From Orbicella franksi (Eukaryota): DNA of 64,000 nucleotides. Positions 21,716 through 57,757 of the stretch are shown piece after piece. Below the pieces are notes generated by a model. The model worked only from the letters and a program-made list of their open reading frames with translations, did not search any database and was not told the DNA's origin. Positions within the stretch are counted from its first letter, which is position 1; every line of letters starts with the position of its first letter. Position numbers and translations under genes: made by a program. The DNA lies in contig OZ116701.1 in NCBI GenBank assembly GCA_964199315.1, forward strand, positions 30,814,001 to 30,878,000, in the 5' to 3' direction.

Positions 21716-24700
21716 AGTTCAAGAAAAAATTGAAATATACAATAGTGAAACTTGAATGGCATGAGAATATTCGAAGGTGTTTAAGTATTCAAGATATGCA
21801 TCGAAAAGCAATAGTTCTACTGACGGTATTTTCAACTATATTGACCGCAGGCTCCATTTAACTGTTAATTAGAGAATTGCGACTGATAGGCAGCTGTTTG
21901 TGACTTAACTGAATACCGGTCCTTAGGTTTCTCATGCTTAAATTCAAAGCACAGACGGACACTTCTCGAATACTTCCTTTAAATTTTTAGTTATACCATT
22001 GTTCGGCGTAAGAATCTTGACTCCAACTAGTGGATCGAGCTAAACTAAACTAAAAATTGAAATTAAATAAAACGTTCTGAAATATTGCATTTAACAATAA
22101 GTGTTAAATTTCTCATGCGCTCATTGGCTGATTGTCATTCTTCATAAGGGTCCACACACATGGATCGGTAGAGATGACGCCATTCCGCACGAATGTTGAA
22201 AATTCGTAAACTGTTTACGTTTAGAGTTGTTAGCTCTTGATAATTAGTAAAATATTCAACAAACTGTGTCGGAACGGAATTTATTTGAAGAAAAGCTTAA
22301 AGCTCGTAAGACGATTATTTTCATGAACATTAGATTCAACGGTAATGCGATAAATGGCAAAAGCTGCGAAGTAACTTGATGAATGGAATCAAAGTACTAA
22401 TGTGAGCGAATTGAACTAAGAGCATGGATGGTCAAAACTTAACTTGTGGTTATTTTTCTCAATTTAAAAAAAATGCATAATAACAGTGCTTGCCATGATC
22501 TACTGCGATATTCCTTTATTATTTTGTAAAAAAACCCGTATACATCTGTGTTATGATAAGAACGATTTTAGATTCTACCAATCATAATGGTTCCTTTTGT
22601 TTTTTGTTAAGCACTAAATTGGAGGGAGACTTACGTATATGCAAATAGTAAATGTTGCATGAGTATAATTTCTCGAAATTTCTATTAAGAGTATTATTTT
22701 TATACTTTCTTTTTACACAACTTCAAAAAGAAAATGCGGTTCTTAACATAATTCCTGTCTTCTCTTTTAGTATTTTTTTAGCAGTATGTTATATCTGGAG
22801 GAAAGGTTATGCCCCATTTAACAGTCTAAACAACTATGCGACCAAATGCTTTATTGGGAATCACACCCTTAAGGCCAAAAAACTGGAGAAATTTGGAATA
22901 ACTTTAAAGAGTAACGATACACAAAACGAGAAAAATAAAAGAACATAGCGAACACATGGCCATTTGTACACAAAAATAGTATAACATACCTGAAATTTAC
23001 TGTCACACGAAGAAAAGCCGCTCGAGAAAGGAAAAGACAATGGCGTCTAACCAACGGAGGAGTGAAAGTAGCTTGAAAGAGCTTCCGAAGAATTTTATCC
23101 ATTAAGGCCCTCTTGTCTCCTGATTGGTCATCCTCGTTATAAAATTTATGGACGAGACATCAAACATGCAAAAAGGCCAATACTTGAACAAGATCAAATG
23201 TATTTTCTCTTGAAAAGGAAAAATGTCAAATAATTGTTGGCAGATAAAGAGTGGAAAAATACATGGCGGTACCTTTTTGGTTCTTATAAATAAATTAAAC
23301 TGGGCGCTTGTTAATGTTTGAGTGATATTGGCAAACAGACGCCAGTCAATTGAACAGAAGGAAGCATTCAATATATCTGCGATCGGAAAAAGCTGAGTCA
23401 CTAGCTATGGACAAGATCACGTTACTGAACAGAGTCCGTCTGTTATAGTATGAGTCAAATATATTTACATGCTGAGAGATAAAGAGTAGGAAGTCCAGGT
23501 CGGAATTTGAAAGGTAAAGATAACCAGCATGCAGTTGATTTGCGTTTGTAGTACATAAAAAAATAATTTGTATATTTCAAAAATATAAACGCTTCCCGTT
23601 TACGGAAATTGTGAGACATCAAGTGTTTCATCTTTCCTGGTCATTCTGGATGGAGACTGCTTTTGAACAGGTAGCGTGCCGGAGTCATTAATGAAGCAAA
23701 ACATGTAATGAACGGTTGCTACCAATACATTAACACGGCACCCTAAAATATGCATAAGGTTCGGAAAATCAGATCTTTGCCCAGCTAGAGGGCGGGAAGG
23801 GGAGGAGGAGAGGTTATTTCTCTGCTAAATCTGCGTAGCTGTTCCAAGATGTGGAAATGTGAGTGGACCTCCGAGTGGTAGGAATATACATCATTTGAAA
23901 AGATAATTGTTTGTGTTTAAATTTGCCATAAGTTTCCAAATGTAATGTGTGTATATATCTTTCCTTTGCTCATCTTGATATCGATCGTATTAATTATATT
24001 GATCGACTTTCTTTTTTGCAGTGCTTTCAATAAATAACTAATATTCTCTGCGGGCGAATACGTTCGTGTTTTACTGAAGAACAACATGCATGGTGAAGGC
24101 TTTCCCAAACCATTTGAATATCTTAGAGAATACCCCACGACTTTCACCAGACACTTTGGTTCATATTGTGATTCGTTTGACTTTTAATGCTGTTGCAGTT
24201 GCTTTCAAATTTCTGAAATAACTTTATATTACAAAAGCATTATTTAAAATCTAAAGTTTTTTTGACAAATTTGACTTTTAAAGAAAAATAGTGAGATCGA
24301 TTCCTGAAATTATTTCTAGAAAAGCAATTTGATTAAAACAACTATTAGATATCATGACGTGTGCGGCGTTCTGTTACTGCTCAGTCATTAATTTTGGTTT
24401 AAGTTTCTATCAGTTCATAGAAATAGCAGACCACGAAATATTGGATAAGTAACTGGGTCGCGCCGGAGCCGATTCATCTCGAACTCCTCTCATGTACTTG
24501 CAACACCCGTCGTCCTGATTATTTATGGATGAACGGCGAAAAGAAATAAACAACAAGCCGGCATCGTTATTATCCTTTCTATTCCTCACCGTGGTGTTTA
24601 AAACTGTAAAGATCAAAATCTATCGCGCTTTTATTAGTTAAACTCTGCTTTCAATAAAGACACGGGTAGACAGATTTATCGATGCCCGATCCCCTCCACA

Positions 24701-25045
24701 AAGGACTGTGATACTATTCATTGTTAAAATTTTCAGTGACGTATAAAGGAAGTGACATCTGCTTGTTGTAACCATTTTAAATAACCCGCTAGCTTTGAAG
24801 CTCAAAACAAAACTAAACATTGATTTTGTTCTGACGTCAATCATAATTGCAACAACAACCAACAGATGATGAAAACAAAAAACAAAAATGAACCAAAATC
24901 CACCTAGCTCAACCAGTGGATGGGGTCTAAGCTTGGAATCTTGCAAATTACTTAAAATCGCTGGACTAAAAATATTTCAATACAAATGTTATCAAGCTCG
25001 GCACTCAAAAAAAAAAAGCAATATCTACTTTTTGTGACCGTTTGA

Positions 25046-46875
<21,830 letters not shown>

Positions 46876-48335
46876 TTTCACATATTTCTAAACTTCGAAC
46901 CTGTATTTGCAGTATATACAAAACTTATTTACTTTTCTAAACGCGGGCTAAATTCCTTATCACACTGGAAACGCTGAAGTGCCTTTGATCTAATTATGCC
47001 CTCAAGATTTATTCAATCAAACAATTTTTTATCACTTAAAAAGTTCCAATCTTGACGTATCATCAGAGCACAATGGAATTTTCATAGCGTCCAAAATTGT
47101 TCGGCATTTTGAGTTTAATTAACCTTACTCGTGTACTTGAGAATTTTTGGTCGTTAAAAGCAACCTATTTTAATTGTTAAGTCAGCCTGAGACGTCAGTG
47201 TTGACCTTTGCTTCTGTTTAATCCAAAACTGCAATCTGATTGGTCGATAAGAACAAACTAATCAAACTAAGGATAAGTTGTTAACAAAAGCAGCTTAGAC
47301 TGGTCATGACGAAAAAGGAATAAATACGTCATACTTTTGAGAATAGAAAAGAAAACGTCAGAACAAATTTACAAAAAAAGGTAAGTGAACTGTTGCCAAT
47401 TAATTACGTTTGTGATTGACAGTTCGGCGTCTTTTCACCACCTGTTTTCAAACTATAATTGGCCTGATAAGCCTGATTACGCGGGTTTGATATGTAATAA
47501 TGAAATTCCAATGTCTCGTACTTCCAAGGCTGAAAGGACCATTGGTCTGAGAATTTAGATCGAGTTCGAGATACAGGGAGTAAAATTGCAGTTTTAGTTC
47601 GAGTTCAAAGGTTCAAAGAATCGGTCTTTCTATTCCCTTCCAGTCGATATCGCTATTTTGTCCTTGTGTAATAGTCCCAGTCGAAATACACCCCATGACT
47701 AGCTACGGATGGGACAAAAATATTTGAGACAGTTTCATAAGTCCTAAGGCATTGTTTTTCATGGCGAATGCAAAGAGCGGACAAGGGACGTCATAAATTC
47801 ACGAGCCATGTTCTTTTCTTTTGAGATTGACAGGTCTACGAACCCGCCGCGGACAACATAGACTGGGATTCCCTACAGAGAGATCTGTGCATTTTCAAGC
47901 ATTCTAGGCGTCTATTGCGTAAATTTCAGCTTTCATTCTGATGGTGTCCGACAAAAATTTGCCCAGGAATATATGAGATAAACTTAATTACTGCCCAGCA
48001 TGTCATTCAAGTACGAGTAAATTAAGAACGAGTAGAAACGAGGACGCCTGTCCCGAACTTTTAAAATGTTTCTTGATGTAGTTCTATAGAGGCAGTTTTT
48101 CAAGCAGAAGAACCGATTTAAATCAAGTCAAATGCGTACAACGCGGGACGAGCATGACGAGTGAGTATAAGTATTCCAGTACATGTATATTGAACAATAA
48201 TGCGCACCGACTATGGTAGTGAACACACCCGAGGGTGCAGCGGAATTTGTCAGAGTTCGTTAAATACATAACCAATATTTGGCTTCTTTTTTCAACATTA
48301 CGGTTATATCTCAACTAAGAAGTGTCAACTGCTCT

Positions 48336-48840
48336 GAGGGTCCTAACGAGGTATTCTCGTGATGCGTGATTAGCTGGTTTTATTTTCTGTGAAACGTGAA
48401 TTTAAGAAATTATTCTTCGTGATCCGTGACCTGAAGGCTTTACGTGACCCGTGAAGAACTTGAATTATTAACCGATATTCATGATTTTACCACTCTATTC
48501 TACGTGATTTTGAGACGCGAGTCCTGCATGTTGGAACATACGAAACATCAAGTTTAAAATACCATGCGAAACCTGTTTGTTTTGTGTGGAACCGCTGTTT
48601 GTTTTCATTTTCTCCTGAAATTGAAATTGCCGAAAAACAAGAATTTTTATGAAGCCTTGACTTAGCCTTTCATGATTTTGCTTTCTTTGAACTTTCTAGT
48701 GTAAAAGCAGGTTATTAAAAAGAATATACTACTTGCTTATTTTCGTGATTCGGAAAAACGAAATTTTGATATCCGTGATCCGTGATTCGCTATTTTTTCC
48801 GTCCGTGAACTGTGTCAGAGACCCCGCCAGTACGACCCTC
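48336..48840. mobile_element. 505-bp non-autonomous TIR element with a 6-bp target-site duplication
   Basis: GAGGGTC...GACCCTC termini, TGCTCT flanking both sides, and many subterminal CGTGA repeats. Confidence 0.72.
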
Positions 48841-50737
48841 TGCTCTGAAACGCCTGCGAGCAGATATCAAATAAAACTTGATCAAAGAATAAAATGCTGG
48901 AGAAAGGAATCACTCATGGCAACCAGAAAGCGAGTTTAAATTCTCTCGATTTTAGCGTCAAGACCAATAACCACTATCCTATTTTTACAGGTTGATGCTA
49001 GAAAGATTAAACTAAACAAAGAGCAAAGAAAAAACCCTGCCAGTCCTGACAGAACCGGTGCTGTCGCCTTCTTAGCTGGCTGATTGCAGCCCTATTCAGA
49101 ATGAATGCAATCAGTGTTACTTTGTATTTGAGACCGAAATTATTCATAGTACATGCATGAACATGGTGATAGCCGGGTGGCCTATTTATCATGATACATT
49201 CACCTAATTTAAATTGTTTAATCTGCCATCAAGAGAATCGGACTGGCTTTTGAGGTTTCGCGCATGACTGTTATCTTCACTAATGAGGCTGAAGTCTAGG
49301 GCTGACGTGTCCAATAAGATAATTGAACAGTATATATGCAACCCTCACCTCACACGACCATATTTCCTCTATACAGCCAAGTCCCTAGCTCAGAGAGTTC
49401 CAACACGAAAAGGTAATTATAAAGATTCTGGCTACGGGTCTACCACCTTGCGTTTATGACTCAGTTTATTTATATACTCTATTTCCGAGAGGCAGGGTCA
49501 GTCATACTGACTACCGGCGAGACTTCAAGAGAAACTGTGCTTAACCGTTTTTAGACTGGGGGAACGAAAAAAAGAACGCAACACAAGCGAGCGGCGGGTC
49601 GTGAGCGTGCGAGCGTGATATGCGAAGCCGCGAGCTGCAAGTCGCAGTCACGCTCACACGCTCACTTGTTTTGCGTTCTTCCCACACGGATTTCCGAGCA
49701 AAACGAGACTGCTCGCAGTCTTAACTGTTTTCACTGGCCATTTTAATTCACGGTCAATAGGGTCACCAGAACTCGTGTCATATGTTTATAATATGATACG
49801 TTTTGAAACAGCAATCTGGATGACTCCAAAAAAAAAAAAAAAAAAAACACTGCATAATTTTCAGTTTATTTTACGCAACACGTGCGGAACCAATCCTTTA
49901 TCGTCTTGTCATAGCAAATAAACTCAGTAATATTTTACAAAACAAAATTGTTTTTTGACATACTTATCAGCAGGAGTTATTTCCATATTTATAACTAGAT
50001 TGAAAGATCATCCTTTCAACTGATCCGTCATCAAAACACTGCCAAGTTTCTACACACTAATCCGCTTAAAGATGTGTTCTCATTTTGATATCTAAAATTG
50101 GTCAATACGCGTTCATATTCAATAAGTGACAAGTTTATTCGAGTGCAATATGTGGCTTATAAGATTGTTTCCCGTGAACACTGAACTTCTACTACTTCTG
50201 ATTTGAAATGAGAACCAATTGATCAGCATTTATAATCCACTCTAGAATGTCACATTATCAAGTCCTCCAGAACAGAGAACTATAAGAACAGCATTTGAAT
50301 ATTAGATGCACACCTTATCTGACGCAATGAGCCTGAACATAATGCGACAACATTTTCAAATAACTGAAGTGTGTAGATAAACGGCTTAACGGTTAAAGAG
50401 ACTGAGGGCTGTACATTTGTAGTCATTACAATGAAGTCAATGTGAAACCTTAAATTCTTGAACTTGAGGCGATTTCAAAAACAGACACTCGTTTTGTGAT
50501 GACTGAAAGCGGATGTCGTGGATTTTCTAAAGAACTTTATCTCTATGAGATCATGAACAGCAACACTTTTGCTGAGAATTTGTTGTATCAATAAGTATCC
50601 AGAGCTCTACTACACGAGTTGCCACGAAATTTTGTCAATAAAGTGCCCTTGCTAACTGTTATAACTACTGTACACGAAGAAGTTAGCTGAATACGCTTTA
50701 AAGTCTTTAAAGCCACAAGAAACGTTGTGATACTTAC

Positions 50738-50813
50738 CATCTCCAATATAGAAACAGTGGGTCAGCCGTGTAGCAAGGTAAAGGAAGATGATCAAACAAG
50801 TTGATATTCTCAT
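50738..50813 (-). CDS. Candidate alternative signal-peptide exon (MRISTCLIIFLYLATRLTHCFYIGD), probably of gene A
   Basis: ATG, hydrophobic core and consensus phase-1 donor G|GTAAGT, with an acceptor at 50934. The phase is compatible with exon 45316-45635. Confidence 0.45.
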
Positions 50814-51747
50814 GATGAAGGCAGACGTTTGGGCACGTTCCGGCCCAGGAGCGATCGGCGCCGGTGACTATTCACCACTCCGCTGTGACTCTGCGAATGA
50901 GACAAGGTCGATATGAAGGTCACAGTGGACTTGCTGAAATAATAGTTGCAGTAAACGTGTTTACATTACTTCAACGATTGTGTTGGGATGTAAAACTGAA
51001 AAACATGTAACGGAATATGGCAAAGGGTGATAGATATAAAATGCACGCGGTCCAGGTCGGAAACCTTTAATCTGATAGCTAAGCTGATAAGCTCAAAACA
51101 AATTTTTCGCGGTACAAATTGCCCTAAGAGATGAACTTGTCATCGAAATTTGTAAACTCTTATTTGTATTCCTGTCCTTAATATCTTCGTCAATTTGTAA
51201 CTGAGCCTCAACCAAATTGCAACGTACTTATAGAATATTTCAGCCATGGCATTCATTTTGAAATGTAATTGACGTCGAGAGAAAAGTTTGTAGTTAGCGA
51301 CGTGGGTATGCTTGTGGGAGACCATTCTAATTACTTTTGCATACGTCAAGCGCTTGAGATATAAACTCTATGGACAGGCGCCTTCAGGTCAGAATAAGGT
51401 CAGATTGTTTCTGGAGCGCACACTCTATAAAGCATTGTCCTTTACAGTCAGTTGTACAGACCTGCCGACTTCATTTTTTCCAACTTTGTCTTTCTTTCTT
51501 TTGCGTGCGTTTGTTTGTTTATTTGTTTGCTTTTCTTTTCTGTTCGCGGAGATTCTTTCGCACGGAATACCCTTGGTAGAGTTAACGGTGGTACCAGGGG
51601 TTAAAAGCAATTTCAATTTCTTTTTAATCTTGAGAACAATAAACGAACTGTAATTTCCCAGTTGAAAACGTGGAAACACCAATAACACCATTAGAAAATA
51701 ACCCAAAGCAAATACGCGCTGATTGATTTAAAACCATGTTTCTATTT

Positions 51748-52445
51748 AACAATTAGCCGTTATTCGCTCTCGAGCGCTATCGCATGATAGTTGACGAAGG
51801 CGCAGCCCGAGTCAACTATCGCGCGATAGAAATCGAGAGCGAATAATCAAATTGCTTTAGTATAAATCTACTAGTTGTTCAAAACTTTATCGAAATTTTC
51901 CTCACAGATAGCTCAAAAACACAAAGAAGGGGCCGTTATTTTGTTAACAAGGGCACACTGCTACGCTACTCACTATCTATAACAGAATAGCGTAATAACC
52001 AATCTTAGAACAGCATTCGTGATAGAACGCTAGTAGATTTATACTAATAAACAATTAGATTATGAGCTCGAGATTTCTATAGAGATCGAGAGCGAATAAT
52101 CTAATTGTTTTAGTATAAATCTACAAGTCGTTCAAAACTTTATCTAAATCCTCTTCACAGACACCTCGAAAACGCAAAGAAGCGGCCACCAGCACGTTAA
52201 CAAGCGCACACCGCTACGCTAATCACTGTCTACAACAGAATAGATAGTGAGTAGCGTAGCCAATCAGCTAACGGCATTCGTGATATAAAACGCTTGTAGA
52301 TTTATTCTAAAACTCCATAGAAACACGGTATATGTTTTCTATTTCTTAAATGGTTAACAATTAGATTACAAGCTCGAGATTTCCATCACGTGATAGTTGA
52401 CGAGGGTGCAGCCCTCGTCAACTATCACGCATAGAAATCGAGAGT
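51748..52445. repeat. Alternating A-B-A-B-A array of two foldback families
   Basis: Three A palindromes (about 51748-51857, 52048-52108, 52357-52445) alternate with two B copies of about 190-200 nt (about 51857-52047, 52108-52311). Confidence 0.75.
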
Positions 52446-54391
52446 TACAGTGACATTTTGCGATTTCCTCGGCTTCGTTTATTTATTAATTTTTCTGAAA
52501 CTCTCCATAAAAATCTTTCCCCTGTACGGACCAAGCAACTATGACGATTGATGAGGAACACCACTTCGTGTAAGAAATCGATTGAGTAGCCCAGCTGAAC
52601 CTCCTTGCTGAGTGGCCAGAAAAACATATTTTTGGCCAATCAGAGGGAAGGAATTCAAACGCTTCTGGAACTGGTTCGATAAGAGTAACTGCTCAGGGGA
52701 ACTCTCACTCTTGGTGTTAACTGTCGCCCGAAATTATCGCGTTGTCCCGAAAATATCGCTTCGTCTCGACTAGCTGTCCCTGGGTCTCCGAGGATGATTA
52801 TATCTACACTCTTTGTGGATACGTTATCACCTGAATTTATGGCAAGCGATTAGTTAGGCTACCACCCTCACCGACTGTAACAGTCGATATATATCTCACT
52901 TCCGGCTCACTCCTTCTGTTCTGCCTGTAGGAACTTAGCATAAGTTGATGGTGTCTTTCACAGGATTTATCTTTGACCGTCTGGTCGCAAAAAACATCGT
53001 TTAATCTTGATGGATTACATATAAATGTTAGCGACTCTCTTAAAAAATTTGAACTTCATTTTGAAACCATGTTATTTTAATTTGTTGATATGCAATAAAG
53101 CAATTGCCCAAATGAATTCAAATTTTACAGCAGCAATTTGTTTCAACAGCTTTTGGAAAAGATATCTTTCAACTTTCAAATTGAGAAAAGGAAAATTTCT
53201 CTGTCTCTCAAGAACGCACTTAACCAAAAAAGCGCCAAATTTTATTAATTAAACAGGACAATATTCTACTTACTTTACTTCAATAGAAACTTCCATTTGT
53301 TATGACGGGAAATTAGATTATTTACCTGTGTTTAGAAGCGGATAATTAACGAGGGCACTGGCTCGAACTGAATTCGGATGCCACCAGTGCTGATATCAAC
53401 CAGCAAACTCTTCCAGAAGTTTCTTATGCATCTCAACAGTGAAAACGAAGGTATTTCTCTCGCGTGCCGTCGAAAAAGAACCTTTTGTCAGTAACACAAT
53501 AAAATAAGAGAAAGAAAATCCTACATTAATTAATAAAATCACAAGCCACTCTTTTTAAACCTCGCAGTTTGAGTCAGTTGAGCTGTCATGACAGCGAAGC
53601 ACACGAACAAGTGCTCATAAAAACAAAACCGTTGGATATTCTTTCGATAGCGCAGTCAATTAATCTTTTATTCTCAGAATTAGGAGAATTTATTTGATTA
53701 AAAGATAAACATTTATAGAAAATGAAGTGTATGAACGCATCGCATATTCCAGACTGTAAAACAGGGCTTTGTTATTTAGAAATCACAACGAACGCGCTAA
53801 AATTGTTCCCAATATTATAAATAGTACGATTTAAGGGCACGTTTGGAAACACTTTTGTTAGTCACCACTTGACGTAGACATGGTCAAGGTGAAAATGCTT
53901 TTGGTGTTGCAAAAGATAATCGGTCAGTAATTAACTATCATTGGTCCTAAACTCATAATCACCGTTTTTTCGTTAAGATTTTTTACACATTTTCCGTTAA
54001 TCCTTGCTTTTAGTTACTCACTGAGACTAGATTGGAGGACCCAACTTTACTTATACAAATTTCTTTTCTTCTTGGAGCATGTACAAAGCAATAGGCCTGG
54101 TCTATTTTAGAAGATATTATTTAACACATTGACGACTATTTCCCATGGCTTCGGTAAAGTAAAAGTGGCTCAAATCTGTGCTAACTGGCAAGTACTAAAT
54201 GTCAGGTTCCAAATGCATCAAAACCTAAGCTTCAATTGGTAGTTTCTCGTTGGTTTAATTTCAGGGAAGCGAGGTGAGGGGGGTGTGGGGGAAGGAAATA
54301 GTGGGGGATGTAATGCGTTTTAGTGATTTTATTAAGTGTCTTTAAAGAAACGTATTGGTAATTAAAAGAAGTAAACTTCAGGCTTTTTAGC

Positions 54392-54392
54392 C

Positions 54393-54426
<34 letters not shown>
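54392..54426 (+). repeat. (GTT)n microsatellite
   Basis: Direct reading. Confidence 0.9.
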
Positions 54427-54427
<1 letters not shown>

Positions 54428-56908
54428 CAGTTTTGGTAGATAATGCGATCTATTCTAGTTCCTTAGTTCCTTCCTTCTAGTTCCTTTCGTTCTATTCCTT
54501 ACTTACGAAATTGAAATAACAGCGTCTTGTTGTCTTTCTCGTTTTATATTGATCTTACGAAGTCAGTCAGTCCAATGTGAAATTAATGTGTTTCATAAGA
54601 TTCATGCATCCAACAGCACAATATCAATCATACCTAAAAATGATAAAGACCATTGCAGTCTGGTTTCCATGGCAACAATCCAAATAGGTTTATGCGAAAA
54701 CCATTTGAAAACAAAACTAATGAGATTTCAGTATATTCGTACGCGACGTTTGTCTAGGCGCACAAACTAAGAAGGATTATGCAAACTGACGAGGAACCGT
54801 ACTGGAAGCTAAGAGTCGATTACAAAATGAGGCAACTTTTTCCTCTGATCATGATTTCATGCTGACCATAAAACTTACAAAAATAGCAATTTCACTTCCC
54901 TTAAGCCAAATGTCACGCTATGGTTCCGTTACTTTCTCCTCCAAAAGTCAATCAGACGTTATTTGATTCAAAACGGAAACCTACATATTTGATATCCGGC
55001 GGAAATCTAATAAAATAACAGTAGATCAACCGAAAGCTGATGTCAAAGATCTTGATTTTTTTTTCTGTCTTTTTATCTTAGAGCTCGTTTGTCTCTTTGC
55101 TTGTTTTGCGTGCTTTGCTGAGCTAAATTTGATCTAATACTGGCCGGCACAAGTTTAACCGCCCTTGAAAGACAAGTCTGAAAATATCCTGGTATCATTA
55201 GTGGCAAAACACAGTTACCTTTTTTCAGCCAAAAGGTTCAATATCGTTTACCATCGCCTGACGCTTTGAGATAAAATACAGTTTAGCAATCTTTGTACTT
55301 GCACGACAAATGATGATTAAGTTCTTCAACAAATTCGCGGTCAAAGCAGAATGTATTTATTCCGAACTCAATGCAAACATTATTTACCTGAAAGTGTGAA
55401 AGAAAGGCATCTACACTGTAACTTCTGCGAAAATATGAAAACAATTATTCAGGAGCAGATCAGGTTCCCTTCGTCCAACCAAACGTGGCTGACGAACAAG
55501 TGTGAACCAAGAATGAATAATAGAAAATAAACTAATCCGTCCCGCATATTACAATGAATTTTTGCAAATGCATTGTTGTCCGGCAAAATTTGGTAAATAG
55601 ACTATAGTTAATCACTTACCTTGCACAAACTTACGTCAAATTTGATACAGGGGGCTAGATATCACGGACTGCCTTGTTTCTTTCGTGCCACGATCACTTC
55701 ACAGATCATAGTAACCTGATGGTTCGTGAGAAGTAATTTTCAGCACATTAGTCTGGTAGCGGTCATCAACGTTCATAACAATACCGCTATGATTAATTAG
55801 GATTCGCACTGCTGGTTTTACGACAGAAAAACGTAGTCAGAGCGTTGTTAGCAGGACATTGTTTATAGAGATATTAATTAGTGTGACGTATTAACACCTT
55901 GGTGTCAATCAAATGGAATAATGTCCTTTGAGATTGACAATAGTGACTTTTCATAGCTCCTTGGGATAATTTTTGTCTTTTTTTGTCACAGATTGAAGGA
56001 AACTAATACTCAAAGAAAGGTTCCTATTTGAACGCATATACAGCAGCTTACTTCAAAGCTGGCCACGTACAGGGAATTTACACTGTTGTGCAAGGATAGG
56101 CACAAACACACTCACACGGGCAGGGTGTGTCTTAGCCTGCAAAAATATTGACAGAGGTGGGGGGGGGGGGGTGGGAGTGCGCGAGAAGGGGGTGGGGGTG
56201 GGGAGAAAAGGAATCGCCTGTAGTCAATCCCAAACATTTTACCGACCTCCGTTCGCCCACGAACGGAGAGAAATAGTGCAATTTGATTGGTTAGCAGCCC
56301 GTCGAGAAAGCTATACATTTGCACAGAGACGTCCTTTTCTTGCATCAATTTGATCACGCTTGTGTATCTCCATTTTGCAAACTTCGTTGTTTTTAAACAA
56401 ACAATGACAGACGCGGCAAATGTCCGAAGCCATATCATTATAAAAAGAAAGCGTATTTACGCGCTCTATTTGCTTTTAGCGGACTCTATCAAGCTCATGA
56501 TCGGCACTTGTCAAAAATGCTTTACCGGACGTTAATGATCATTTGTTCTCACGTGACAGTTGGCGCCCGAAGGGAGCGCAGCATGTTTGGGGGTGTTCGG
56601 CCGGTAAAATGTCTGGGATCAGGAGCCATGGCTCCTGATGCTAATGAGAATCCAGTTAAGATGCTTGTCAGGCAAGGAAAATTCAAAACGCGCCCGACAC
56701 GGCCAAAGAATGTTGGGCGTGAAGTCCCGGAGATCTAGATATTATATACCATTATGTGCAAAATTTGAAATAAGAAAATAGAGGCGATGGCTACTCCCTG
56801 CTAAGAATTTCCCAACTCGATGATGCTTCCGCGGAATTCTTGAACTGGAAGCAAGCCCAGTAGTAGGTCAACAACTGCAGCAAAAAGATAAGAAAAAGCG
56901 AAAAAAAA

Positions 56909-56939
<31 letters not shown>

Positions 56940-57115
56940 GGAGAAAACAAAATTAACAAAAATAAAAAGCCTTAAGCCGAAAAAAATTGATTTCCCCGCA
57001 TTCCCAAAAATGTGATAAAACGAGGCATGCTGCCATGTTGCAAATTCCTTTTTGAGTAGATTGGAGCTAATTTAGCTCATATCCAGGCTAATAATATACA
57101 TGAAAAAATTACTCA

Positions 57116-57147
<32 letters not shown>

Positions 57148-57757
57148 TGTAACAGCAGTACAAAAAGTGTAACACCAGTGCAAATCACACATCGCAATTC
57201 TAGATTATGATTGGCTGAAAGACAATAAGAAATTTTCTAAGCCAATGATATCACGTAAAATGATGAACGTTTAGTGCGGAAACTTTGAAAAAAGTTTTCT
57301 CGAAAGAAAAAAATGGCTTCAGGAAAGATATTCTAGCACTTCCTCTTTGCAAATTTTGTCATGTTTATAGCGGAAGCGGCTCGTGCAATTTCAACTTTTT
57401 GAAAAACTCACTCGTGCAAATTAATTCCAAATTGAACGAGAAAAACTGTACGATTACCTATACTAAACATGTCAAAAAATGTTCAAAAAATGTACTTTTT
57501 CCAAAAATCTCCAGGTTTCAATGGGTTAATAAATTCACGACTCGCTTCTTCAGTTAGATAAAAGATAGAACTAATGAACAAAACTAAATCTCAATGAACA
57601 TTTTAATGTAAAGATGGGTCTACAAACTGGACTCCGTCAAAGAAAGTGTGTGTCCAAGAGAGAATCAGTTCTGCTTATCGTTGAGTGTTGTAAAAAAACC
57701 AAACGCTGTAGTTACTCTAAATGCGGCGATTAGAAACCAGAGAAGGTGTTAAAATTA

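Noticed and set aside
56557-56571. CA-GT-TGGCGCCCGAA, resembling an LTR end plus a tRNA-Lys primer-binding site
   Set aside because: Only 11 nt match. I found no second LTR, gag/pol frame or polypurine tract.
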